A DNA stretch of 64,000 nt from contig CBDCDS010000003.1 in the NCBI GenBank assembly GCA_965215365.1, positions 416,001 to 480,000 on the forward strand. The letters run 5' to 3'. A model generated the notes under the pieces. The model was not told the origin of the DNA, ran no database searches, and worked only from the letters and a program-made list of their open reading frames with translations. A program made the position numbers and the translations under genes. Origin of the DNA: Gammaproteobacteria bacterium. GTDB taxonomy: Bacteria > Pseudomonadota > Gammaproteobacteria > Eutrophobiales > Eutrophobiaceae. Positions 21,101-30,015 of the stretch are shown here, piece by piece (position 1 is the first letter of the stretch; each line of letters starts with the position of its first letter).

Positions 21101-21325
21101 ATGTCAGAGCAAAATCCGGACAACGTAGATCTGGCAGTGCTGGAGGCGCGGGTTGACGATCTGATCAAAACGGTTGACGCTTTGAAGGACGAGAATTCCG
21201 CATTACGCCACCAGCAAAAAAACCTGATCAGCGAACGCGCCGTGCTCATTGAAAAAACCGAGCAGGCAAGGTTTCGTATCGAGTCCATGATTGCGCGCCT
21301 GAAGGCGATGGAAACCCGCTCATGA
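21101..21325 (+). CDS. TIGR02449 / ZapB-like coiled-coil protein
   Basis: LEARVDDLI..RIESMIARLKAME; synteny with zapA. Confidence 0.85.
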   Translation: MSEQNPDNVDLAVLEARVDDLIKTVDALKDENSALRHQQKNLISERAVLIEKTEQARFRIESMIARLKAMETRS

Positions 21326-21621
21326 CGCCAGCCAAACCGGTGCGGGTATCGATTCTCGACAAGGAATACCTGATATCGTGCACGGATGACGAGCGCGAGC
21401 AATTATATTCCGTAGTGGAATTTTTGAATGACAAGTTGCTTGAGGTGAAAAACAGCGGCAAGGTCATTGGCACCGAACGCGTTGTAGTCATGGCGGCGCT
21501 GAATATCGCCAACGAGTTACTTGCATACAAGCAAAAAAACAAGCACTATACTGAATCTGTGGATTCGATGGTAAAACGCCTGCAAGCAAAAATTGATGAT
21601 GTACTGGTTGAGGAGGATTGA
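21322..21621 (+). CDS. zapA: Cell division protein ZapA
   Basis: ILDKEYLISC, VMAALNIANELL. Confidence 0.9.
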   Translation: MTPAKPVRVSILDKEYLISCTDDEREQLYSVVEFLNDKLLEVKNSGKVIGTERVVVMAALNIANELLAYKQKNKHYTESVDSMVKRLQAKIDDVLVEED

Positions 21622-21681
21622 TTTATCGGGTGAATGTTACAGGCTGCCCTGCAAACTTTATCTGGCAGCTGTTTCGGTTTA

Positions 21682-21868
21682 GGGTATCTTCTGTCGTGTG
21701 CGCTCACGGGCCTGCAAAAACTTGAGCTTATTTCGTGTAGAAAGGGAACTGAACTGCGCCGTTGTGTGCAAGCCCACTTGAGGCGGGAAGCCTGATACGG
21801 TGCTCGCTGTTCCCACTTGAACCCCTGGTTCAAGTTTATTGCCTGTAACGGCACGACGGTTGATACCC
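21682..21868 (+). ncRNA. ssrS: 6S RNA
   Basis: Lies directly after zapA, ~187 nt long. Its ends pair (GGGTATC/GATACCC) and it has the conserved CTTGAACC..GGTTCAAG and GAAGCCT segments. Confidence 0.85.
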
Positions 21869-21964
21869 GCTTAGTAACCTGAAAATGCCCTCCACGGCAC
21901 CTAAGCAGGGGCGCCTGCCTGAATACAGCGGGCTCATTGTCAAGGGCGGCGACGCCCCTGCACC

Positions 21965-23485
21965 TCAGCTCAGAAAAAGTCGATAGGCGGGGTTGTTGGT
22001 CTCCTCCGAATATTTGATACCCAGCCCGTCCAGGAATTGCTGGAATTCACCCGTCAGTTTTGGCGGCACCTGCAGGCCCATCAGCACGCGCCCGTAGGCG
22101 GCCCCGTGGTTGCGGTAATGAAACAGGCTGATATTCCAGCGACTGCTCAGTTGCGTAAGAAAATGCAGCAACGCCCCGGAGCGCTCGGGAAATTCAAACC
22201 GGTACAGCAGCTCATCACTGAGTGCCGGGGCATGGCCGCCCACCATATAGCGGATGTGCATTTTTGCCACTTCGTCGTTGCTCAGGTCGGTGACCTGGTA
22301 GCCCTTGTCGCGCAGGTTAGCCAGTAACTGGTGCTTCTCCCGGATACCATGGCGCAACTGTACGCCCACGAAAATACGCGCCACCTCGCGGTCGCAGTAA
22401 CGATAGTTGAATTCCGTGATCTGACGCGCACCTAGGTCATGGCACAAGGTACGAAAACTGCCGGGACGCTCGGCAATCGTAGTGCACAGCAAGGCCTCCC
22501 GTTGTTCACCCAGTGCCGCGAGTTCGGCAATGTAACGCAGGCGGTCAAAGTTGACATTGGCACCGCTGACGATGGCGACCAGCTCCCGGTCTTGTAGTTG
22601 TTGCCGTTGTACATATTGTTTCAATCCGGTCAGCGCCAGCGCTCCGGCCGGTTCCGGCATGGCGCGGGTATCCTCGTAAATGTCCTTCACCGCCGCGCAG
22701 ATTTCATCGACGTTGACTGTGAGCACCTCATCGACCAGTTCCCGGCAGATCCTGAATGTTTCCTCCCCGGCCTGACGCACTGCGGCGCCATCGGCGAAGA
22801 TATCGATATGCTCCAGTATCACCCTGGCCCCGGCTTGCAAGGCCCGATACATACTGGCCGCGCCGTCATGCTCGACGCCGATAATCCGGGTGTCGGGGCT
22901 GTGCGCTTGTACGTGCAGGGCAATCCCGGCAATCAGACCGCCGCCGCCAACCGGGACGAAGATGCAGTCCGGTTGCCGTTCACATTGCTGTAGCAGTTCC
23001 ACCCCTACGGTAGCCTGCCCGGCAATGACCAGCGGGTGGTCATAGGGCGGAATAAAGGTGCGGCCTTCGGTAACGGCGAGTTCTTCCGCGTGCTGGTATG
23101 CCTCATCGTAGGTATTGCCGTGCAGCGCGACCCTGGCGCCCAGCCGCCTTACCGCGTTGACCTTGATCTCCGGCGCGGTCTTGGGCATCACGATGGTGGT
23201 GCTGATATTCATCCTGGCGGCGGCCAGGGCAACACCCTGGGCGTGATTCCCGGCAGAAGCAGCGATGACACCGTTGCCTTTCTGCTCCTCATCCAGCGTG
23301 GCAATCAGGTTATAGGCGCCGCGCAACTTGTAGGAAAACACCGACTGCTGGTCTTCCCTTTTCAGCCACACCCGGTTACCCAACGCCTGCGACGCCTGTG
23401 TGGCATAATCCAGCGATGAGCGCCGGGCAACATCATAGACCCGCGCCGCCGCCGCCTGAATTAAGGGTTGGTATTCTGCAAACAT
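21965..23485 (-). CDS. ilvA: Biosynthetic threonine ammonia-lyase
   Basis: KREDQQSVFSYKLRGA, SAGNHAQG, ISLFHYRNHG. Confidence 0.96.
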   Translation of the reverse strand: MFAEYQPLIQAAAARVYDVARRSSLDYATQASQALGNRVWLKREDQQSVFSYKLRGAYNLIATLDEEQKGNGVIAASAGNHAQGVALAAARMNISTTIVMPKTAPEIKVNAVRRLGARVALHGNTYDEAYQHAEELAVTEGRTFIPPYDHPLVIAGQATVGVELLQQCERQPDCIFVPVGGGGLIAGIALHVQAHSPDTRIIGVEHDGAASMYRALQAGARVILEHIDIFADGAAVRQAGEETFRICRELVDEVLTVNVDEICAAVKDIYEDTRAMPEPAGALALTGLKQYVQRQQLQDRELVAIVSGANVNFDRLRYIAELAALGEQREALLCTTIAERPGSFRTLCHDLGARQITEFNYRYCDREVARIFVGVQLRHGIREKHQLLANLRDKGYQVTDLSNDEVAKMHIRYMVGGHAPALSDELLYRFEFPERSGALLHFLTQLSSRWNISLFHYRNHGAAYGRVLMGLQVPPKLTGEFQQFLDGLGIKYSEETNNPAYRLFLS

Positions 23486-23522
23486 GCGTAATAAGATAGC
23501 ACGTAACTACTCACCCCCTGGT

Positions 23523-23548
23523 CGTCATTCCCGCGCAGGTGGGAGTCC
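23523..23548 (+). repeat. REP-like repeat
   Basis: CGTCATTCCCGCGCAGGTGGGAGTCC. Confidence 0.7.
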
Positions 23549-23629
23549 AGTGGAAAAAAGTCCCGCAGGGACACTTTACAGGGTGTCGCAAGCGACTGTA
23601 ATTCTCCGAGGAACTCACAGGTTACCTGA

Positions 23630-24286
23630 ATGAGCCAGGAAAAAAAGCGGCGCGCCGCCAAGGCCGCGCTCGATTACATTGAAGATGACATGATCGTGGG
23701 CGTCGGCACCGGCAGCACGGTGAACTGCTTCATCGACGAGCTGGCGCAAATCAAACATCGTATCGACGGCGCCGTGGCCAGCTCGGTCGCCACCGAAGTG
23801 CAGTTGCGGCAGCACGGTATTCCCCTCATCGACCTGAACGGCGTGCGCGAGCTGCCGCTGTATGTGGACGGCGCCGATGAAGCCACCCGTCACCTGCAAC
23901 TGCTCAAGGGCGGCGGCGGCGCCTTGACCCGGGAGAAGATCAGCGCGGCGGTGAGCGAGAAATTTGTCTGTATTGTGGACGATACCAAACTGGTGGATGT
24001 GCTCGGCGCCTTCCCGTTGCCGGTTGAGGTGATTCCCATGGCACGCAGCTACGTCGCCCGGGAAATCGTCAAGCTGGGCGGCCAGCCGGTATTAAGAGAC
24101 GGTCGCACCACGGACAATGGCAACCACATCCTGGATGTACACAATCTCACTATCGTCAACCCGACCGAACTGGAACAGCAACTCAACCAGATAACCGGCG
24201 TCGTCACCAACGGCCTGTTCGCCGCCCGCCGCGCCGACGTGTTGCTGGTCGCAAGCGACCGCCGGGTCTTCAATCTGGCCGTGTGA
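23630..24286 (+). CDS. rpiA: Ribose-5-phosphate isomerase A
   Basis: [23 protein letters not shown]. Confidence 0.96.
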   Translation: MSQEKKRRAAKAALDYIEDDMIVGVGTGSTVNCFIDELAQIKHRIDGAVASSVATEVQLRQHGIPLIDLNGVRELPLYVDGADEATRHLQLLKGGGGALTREKISAAVSEKFVCIVDDTKLVDVLGAFPLPVEVIPMARSYVAREIVKLGGQPVLRDGRTTDNGNHILDVHNLTIVNPTELEQQLNQITGVVTNGLFAARRADVLLVASDRRVFNLAV

Positions 24287-24315
24287 CGGGTCAAACCAGA
24301 ACCGGTCAGGCCAGA

Positions 24316-24381
24316 ATGAAAATCCTGTTACTCACAGCCGCAGGCGGCGCCTTGGGCGCGCCAGTCGTTACGGACCGATGA
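24316..24381 (+). pseudogene. Fluoride channel crcB/fluC 5' remnant
   Basis: MKILLLTAAGGALGA followed, after a frameshift, by ASRYG resembles the Fluc GGxxGAxxRY motif. It is truncated at the next gene. Confidence 0.5.
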
Positions 24382-25244
24382 AAACCATAAAACTGTACCT
24401 GTTACACGCTCTGGCTATTGCCGGTTGCAGCGCCCTGCCCCTGGCCGCAGCAGAGCTGGTCAGCATCGAAAATGTCACACTCGTTGACGCGCGCCAGAAC
24501 GATGGCGACAGTTTCAAGGTGAATGCCGACGGCCGTGAACTGCACCTGCGTTTGTACTATGTCGATTGCCCGGAGACGACGTACAACAGCAACTCTATGC
24601 TGGAGAGAATCCGCACCCAACAACGCCACTTCGGCCTTGCCGACCCCCACGATGTAGTGCGCTACGGCGAACTGGCTACTGCATACGTCAGGCAGGCGCT
24701 ATCACAGCCGTTCACGGTTCACACCAGTTACGCCCAGGCGCCGGGACGTTCCGCCGCGGTGCGTTACTACGCCTTCGTGGAGACTCACGACGGCCATGAT
24801 CTAGGACACCTGCTCATCGAACAGGGCCTGGCCAGGATACACGGCAAGACCCGCCCGCCCGCCGATGGCAGGCCCAGCCACAGCGTACTCGAAGAGCTCC
24901 AGGACTTACGCACCATCGCCCTGCTGAACCGCGCCGGAATCTGGCAATCGACCCAACCCGATATGCTCGCTGCAATGCGCAAACGCCAACGCGAGGAGGC
25001 CGAGGAACTGAAAACATTCCGCCAACAGGTGGCGCAGGTACGCAGCCGTACTGAGCAGCCCCTCAACTTAAACAGCGCCTCAAGGAAAGAACTCGAACAA
25101 ATCCCCGGCATCGGCCCGGTTAAGGCCATCAAGATCACCGATGGAAGGCCGTATAAGTCAGTGGATGATTTGCTGAAAATTCCCGGCATCGGGCCGAAGA
25201 CAGTGGAGGCTGTCGCGCCTTATGTTACGGTGGGCAGTGAATGA
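24378..25244 (+). CDS. Secreted thermonuclease (SNase-like) + ComEA-type HhH protein
   Basis: Signal peptide, DGDSF, RLYYVDCPET, GLAR; C-terminal NLNSAS..LEQIPGIGPVKA..IPGIGPKT. Confidence 0.8.
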   Translation: MKTIKLYLLHALAIAGCSALPLAAAELVSIENVTLVDARQNDGDSFKVNADGRELHLRLYYVDCPETTYNSNSMLERIRTQQRHFGLADPHDVVRYGELATAYVRQALSQPFTVHTSYAQAPGRSAAVRYYAFVETHDGHDLGHLLIEQGLARIHGKTRPPADGRPSHSVLEELQDLRTIALLNRAGIWQSTQPDMLAAMRKRQREEAEELKTFRQQVAQVRSRTEQPLNLNSASRKELEQIPGIGPVKAIKITDGRPYKSVDDLLKIPGIGPKTVEAVAPYVTVGSE

Positions 25245-25265
25245 GATATTGCTTCACTCACCGTG

Positions 25266-25442
25266 TCATTTTACCTCTCTGCAACGATATTCATCCGCAT
25301 AGTACTTCTTCGTGTATGTGTCCATAAAGTCCATGCAGGCAGAGGAATTATTGTAGTAACCAAAAAAAACCGTAGTCCTATCCCATTCCCCAAACATGTT
25401 CTGCTTCTCCAGCCATACGGCTTGACTGTATTGACATTCCGC
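25266..25442 (-). pseudogene. C-terminal fragment of a hypothetical protein (no start)
   Basis: Open frame ..AVWLEKQNMFGEWDRTTVFFGYYNNSSACMDFMDTYTKKYYADEYRCREVK* looks protein-like. Confidence 0.4.
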
Positions 25443-25459
25443 TCAGGCCGGTATACAAT
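25431..25459 (+). promoter_or_regulatory. Near-consensus sigma70 promoter TTGACA-17-TACAAT
   Basis: Counted directly; SD GGAG precedes the ATG at 25491. Confidence 0.7.
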
Positions 25460-25490
25460 AACTCAATTTGTAACCATCCGGAGATTAAAA

Positions 25491-26096
25491 ATGCTTAATT
25501 TGACTATTTGCCCCCCTCCCCATCACTATAAACGACTGACGGCTCTCGCCATCGTGCTTGCGGCACTGATGCTGTCTCCGCTGACTTCAGTAATGGCGCA
25601 GGATTTTTCTACAAATATTGACACCACCGCGGTTGCCAAGAACGAATCGCAGGCGATAGAGAAATGGGGCCAGCGCGTCTGTATCAGTGCTACTCTGAAC
25701 TCAGACGGGACTGGTGTCGCATCTATCGGGTTTGGTATAACAACTGATGATGATGATGATCCTAATACTCCTCCCGTACCTAGAACAGAAAATATTAACG
25801 CATGGTCCATCAAAAAAGACACCACAGGATACCCGGGCAATAGATACAAGGACTTCTCTGGGAATACTACCAACGTCTTCCGCGGTGTCACTGTTGCGGA
25901 TGGCGAGGACCATATTGGGAATGTGTACTGGATATCGAGTGCTTCGACCACAGGCTCAGGTACGTTCAAGGCGATGCAGCCAAAAGGTTATGGTCGAGGA
26001 GATCAACTATGGGTGGAGATTGACACCCCCGAAATCAAGGTCAACCAGTACAAGAGCCTGGCGACTGGAGCGATTGGAACTTGCGGCGGCTATTGA
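25491..26096 (+). CDS. Secreted hypothetical protein
   Basis: Signal-peptide-like segment (KRLTALAIVLAALML..VMA|QD), lower GC, own promoter. Confidence 0.65.
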   Translation: MLNLTICPPPHHYKRLTALAIVLAALMLSPLTSVMAQDFSTNIDTTAVAKNESQAIEKWGQRVCISATLNSDGTGVASIGFGITTDDDDDPNTPPVPRTENINAWSIKKDTTGYPGNRYKDFSGNTTNVFRGVTVADGEDHIGNVYWISSASTTGSGTFKAMQPKGYGRGDQLWVEIDTPEIKVNQYKSLATGAIGTCGGY

Positions 26097-26239
26097 TGGA
26101 ATAGCGATAATGTAGTTGGCCGTCCGGAAAGCCGGTAAAACGCCTAAAACCACCGAATCCAGGGCAAGGAGGGCCTCTGTGAGGGATTTTTCAGGGACGG
26201 TTGTGGTGGCGGGCGCCGGGCCGGTTGTTCGGAGTTTTC

Positions 26240-26356
26240 TCAGGCCGCAAGGGTTTCGATGACATCGCCCTTGCGTTGCAGTACGGTCACACCCCGCGCC
26301 AGGGCCGCCTGCTTCAGCTCGTCATGGAAGTGGAAGGCAGCCAGTGCCAAGCACTG
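26240..26356 (-). pseudogene. C-terminal gene fragment cut off at a MITE
   Basis: QCLALAAFHFHDELKQAALARGVTVLQRKGDVIETLAA* has host-like codon usage and begins exactly at the MITE boundary. Confidence 0.45.
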
Positions 26357-26415
26357 CCGGCGCGAGCTTCGCATCACTTGGTGAGATATGCGGGCTAGGT
26401 GAGATATGCGGGCTA
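26357..26415. mobile_element. MITE right end with tandemly doubled 18-bp TIR (GGTGAGATATGCGGGCTA x2)
   Basis: Matches 62145-62185. The terminal CTA is the stop codon of the TonB receptor. Confidence 0.8.
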
Positions 26416-28512
26416 AAACCGCCCGCTGATTGTCACGCGTGCGTTCAGCGGCGCGCCTACGGTGGCCTGGTGTGTACTGTGCGCGTTCGGGAAGTAGAGC
26501 TTGTCAGTCAGGTTCTCGACATTGACCTGAACACGCAGCTGGTCAGACACGTCATAGTAGGCCGAGGCGTCAAGGCGGGTATAGCTCGGCAGCGTCGCGC
26601 TATTGCCATTATTGATGAAACTTTCATCCTGGTAAGTCAGACCCAGGCCCAGGCCCAGCTTATCGGTGACCTGAAAGCTGTTCCACAGTGAGAACATATT
26701 TTCCGGCAGCTCGCGCGGGCGCAGTCCGGTCGGGCCGGCCCGATTGACCTGCTCACCGTCAAGATAGCTGTATCCGGCTGACACGAACCATCGGTCTGTG
26801 AGCAGCCCCTTGAGCTGCACCTCGACCCCTTCAATTTTTGTATCAATGACATCCAGGGTGGCCGGATCATTATCGGCAACCTGCGGCGAGCTTTGCTCAA
26901 TCTCGAACACCGCGGCCGTCAGGCTCAGGTCCTGGGCGAAATCCCATTTTATACCCGCTTCCAGGTTGGTGAACGTGTTCGGGTCCAACTGGTTATTGCT
27001 GCCATTGATGTTGGCGTACTGCTCGCCACTGCGCGGCAGGAAGGATTCACTGTAACTCCCGTACAATGAAATGTTTTCTCGCGGCTTGAAGACCAGGCCG
27101 ACCCGCGGTGTCACTTCTTCATCCTTGCGGCTGCGGGTTTCAGCCGCCGGGACATTGAACACCTTGATGTCGAAGCTGTCAAAGCGCGCGCCAACGATCA
27201 CATCCAGCCGCTCCGACACCTCAATCTCGTCTTGGATATAGACGGAAAACACCTCAATATCCACATGCGTATCGTCATTGAGATCGGCGCTGAAACTGTT
27301 TGTTGTGGTGACACCGGCGGCGTTGACACCGCTGTCTGCGCGCAGGTTGAGAGGGCGGCTGACGGTGAACACTTCATTGTCATCCGAGGTGGTGTCCCAG
27401 AACGAGTTAAAGCGATCCTGATTGGACGAGGTATCAATATATTCAGCGCCGACGACGACGGTGTGATTGATAGCGCCGGTGCCGAAGCCCCCGATCAGGT
27501 TGCCGGAGAACATCAGGCTTGCGCGCTGGGTCGTATCGATATAGCCATCGAGCGTCACCACCTCCGGCGTCGCTGCCTGATTATAGCCGGAGGCATAGAA
27601 GTTCTGGTACAGCTTGTCGTAATCCCCATAAAACAGGCTGACATTCGCTTTGAGTTGTTCTGAGAAGTCATGTTGCAGCGCGGCGCGCAGTACATGGGCT
27701 TGAAGCTGTTGATAGTTGCGTTCAGGGTCGCCGAAAACAATCTCGTGAAAGTCTTTGACCGGGCGGCCATCCGACCCGGTTGGAATGCCGCGATCAATCA
27801 CGCGGTCGTGATCGATGTATTCATAACTCAGATCAATAGTGGTATTCATGCCCGGTTCAAATTTAGCGGTCGGGTTGACGCCAAACCGATCACCGTCATA
27901 GAAATCGCGATGGTTGTTCAGCCCTTCATAAAACGCATTGATGCGAAAGGCCGAGTGCGCGCTGGCCGAAAAATTACCATCGACCTGAACATCAAATTCG
28001 CCGAAGGTATTTGAACTTGTCTTGTAGCCGGTGAAATTTTCGCCGATCACGCCTCTCTTGGTGACGCGGTTGAGGATGCCGCCAGTACCGCCACGCCCGA
28101 AAAAGAGCGCATTCGGGCCACGCAGTATTTCCACCTGTTCCAGGTTATACAGCGGGCGGTAATACTGAACGTCATCACGGACGCCGTCAATGAAGAAATC
28201 AGCCGTTGAGCGCACCCCCCGAAATACCACTGCGTCACGGTGACCCTCGCCCTGTGAGGTGTTGACGCCGGGGGTGTAGTCGATAATGTCGCCGACACTG
28301 GTGAAGCCCTGCAGGGTAATCTGGTCGGCGGTGACAATGGACAGACTCTGCGGCACATCAATGATAGGCGTCGGCGTTTTTAAGGCGTTCACCTGGTCTG
28401 TGTACAGATACTTCCCGGTGACGATGATCTCTTCCTGTTGCTGTTGCGCCAACGCCGTAAACGACAATCCGTACCAGACGACCAAGAGCCCGAACAAACG
28501 ATGATTATACAT
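26413..28512 (-). CDS. TonB-dependent (siderophore-type) receptor
   Basis: EEIIVTG TonB box, EQVEILRGPNALFFG, NVENLTDKLY, terminal F. Confidence 0.92.
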   Translation of the reverse strand: MYNHRLFGLLVVWYGLSFTALAQQQQEEIIVTGKYLYTDQVNALKTPTPIIDVPQSLSIVTADQITLQGFTSVGDIIDYTPGVNTSQGEGHRDAVVFRGVRSTADFFIDGVRDDVQYYRPLYNLEQVEILRGPNALFFGRGGTGGILNRVTKRGVIGENFTGYKTSSNTFGEFDVQVDGNFSASAHSAFRINAFYEGLNNHRDFYDGDRFGVNPTAKFEPGMNTTIDLSYEYIDHDRVIDRGIPTGSDGRPVKDFHEIVFGDPERNYQQLQAHVLRAALQHDFSEQLKANVSLFYGDYDKLYQNFYASGYNQAATPEVVTLDGYIDTTQRASLMFSGNLIGGFGTGAINHTVVVGAEYIDTSSNQDRFNSFWDTTSDDNEVFTVSRPLNLRADSGVNAAGVTTTNSFSADLNDDTHVDIEVFSVYIQDEIEVSERLDVIVGARFDSFDIKVFNVPAAETRSRKDEEVTPRVGLVFKPRENISLYGSYSESFLPRSGEQYANINGSNNQLDPNTFTNLEAGIKWDFAQDLSLTAAVFEIEQSSPQVADNDPATLDVIDTKIEGVEVQLKGLLTDRWFVSAGYSYLDGEQVNRAGPTGLRPRELPENMFSLWNSFQVTDKLGLGLGLTYQDESFINNGNSATLPSYTRLDASAYYDVSDQLRVQVNVENLTDKLYFPNAHSTHQATVGAPLNARVTISGRF

Positions 28513-28527
28513 TCTGTATCTCCTGTA

Positions 28528-28546
28528 AATAAGAATTATTATCATT
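28528..28546. promoter_or_regulatory. Fur box
   Basis: AATAAGAATTATTATCATT, 16/19 to AATGATAATCATTATCATT. Confidence 0.75.
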
Positions 28547-28634
28547 CAGCTTACCTTTTGAAAATAATATGTCAAGAATTTTTTTGAAATTTTTTGAGGT
28601 TCCCTTGAACGGGACATTGCTCATAAAAAATTTT

Positions 28635-28653
28635 GTTGCAAATAATTCTCATT
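28635..28653. promoter_or_regulatory. Second Fur box upstream of bfd
   Basis: GTTGCAAATAATTCTCATT, 13/19. Confidence 0.6.
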
Positions 28654-28704
28654 TATTCTATTATTCCTGACACTGATGAATTCGCAGGTGAGGAGTGTGT
28701 CCAG

Positions 28705-28941
28705 ATGTACGTGTGTGCATGTAACGCAGTAACAGAACGACAGATCCGGCAAGCCATCACTGACGGCGCCCGGACCAATGCCCAGCTTCGGCAACGGCTG
28801 GATGCCGCGCGCGTGTGTGGTTCTTGTGATGATTGTCTGGAGGAGTATCTTGCCGAAGCATCGGAACAACAGGAAAAACAGTATGAAATACCTACCCCTT
28901 TTGTTTTCCCTGCTCCTTGTTTTACCAACGGCGCCGGCTGA
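28705..28941 (+). CDS. bfd: Bacterioferritin-associated ferredoxin-like [2Fe-2S] protein
   Basis: MYVCACNAVTERQI..CGSC. Confidence 0.85.
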   Translation: MYVCACNAVTERQIRQAITDGARTNAQLRQRLDAARVCGSCDDCLEEYLAEASEQQEKQYEIPTPFVFPAPCFTNGAG

Positions 28942-29890
28942 GCAAGTCAACGTTTACTCCGGTCGCAAGGAAGCGCTGATTAAACCGCTGTTCGATAGGT
29001 TTACCCAGGAGACGGGGATCAGGGTCAACCTGGTCACCGGCAAGGCGGATGCTTTGATCAAGCGTCTGCAGCTTGAAGGCGAACGCTCCCCGGCCGACCT
29101 GTTGATTACTGTGGACGCCGGACGCCTGTACCGGGCGCAGGCGCTGGGCCTGTTGCAGCCGGTCTCGTCGGCGCAACTGGAACGCACAGTGCCGGAGGTG
29201 TATCGCGACCCGCAGGGCTATTGGTACGGCCTGTCAATCAGGGCGCGCGTGATCGTGTACGCCAGGGCGCGGGTAAACCCGGCGCAGCTTTCCACTTACG
29301 AAGCCTTGGCCGACCCCGTCTGGCGCGGGCAGCTTTGTGTGCGTTCAGCGGCCAATATCTATAACCAATCGCTGGTTGCCGCTATGCTTGTGCACCACGG
29401 CCAGGAAGCCACACAGCGATGGCTGCGCCGGCTGGTCGCCAATTTTGCCAGGGCTCCGAAAGGTGGTGACCGCGACCAGGTCAGGGCGGTGGCAGCCGGG
29501 CAGTGCCGGCTGGCGCTGGTTAATAGCTATTATCTGGCGGGTATGCTCAGTGCCAATATCGGCGCGGAAGTCGACGCGGCGCGCCAGGTGGCGCTGTTCT
29601 GGCCGAACCAGACCGACCGGGGCGTGCACGTGAACATCAGCGGTGCCGGGGTCACTCGTTCGGCACCGCACAAGGACCGCGCAGTGCGTCTGCTGGAATA
29701 TCTGGTGAGCGTACCAGCGCAGGAATGGTATGGTAAAACGAACCATGAATTTCCTGTCCGTGCCGGTGTGCCTCGGGGCGAGATACTGCAATCCTGGGGC
29801 GAGTTCAAGGCCGATGACCTGAACCTGACGGCGCTGGGAGAGAAAAACCATGCCGCCGTACGCGCCATGGACCGGGCCGGCTGGAAGTAA
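28883..29890 (+). CDS. Fe(III) ABC transporter substrate-binding protein (FutA/FbpA)
   Basis: VNVYSGR, SPADLLITVDAG, NIYNQS, NSYY, HVNISGAG. Confidence 0.9.
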   Translation: MKYLPLLFSLLLVLPTAPAEQVNVYSGRKEALIKPLFDRFTQETGIRVNLVTGKADALIKRLQLEGERSPADLLITVDAGRLYRAQALGLLQPVSSAQLERTVPEVYRDPQGYWYGLSIRARVIVYARARVNPAQLSTYEALADPVWRGQLCVRSAANIYNQSLVAAMLVHHGQEATQRWLRRLVANFARAPKGGDRDQVRAVAAGQCRLALVNSYYLAGMLSANIGAEVDAARQVALFWPNQTDRGVHVNISGAGVTRSAPHKDRAVRLLEYLVSVPAQEWYGKTNHEFPVRAGVPRGEILQSWGEFKADDLNLTALGEKNHAAVRAMDRAGWK

Positions 29891-30015
29891 GAGTTTTCTG
29901 CCTGCCCTCTGCTCGTCACTCCGGGCAGGCATGTTGCCTGACAAAAGGCAGATATACCATGGCCTCATGCCTTATCATGTATTCTGAATGTCTGTGGTTG
30001 CCATGATAAGCCTGT

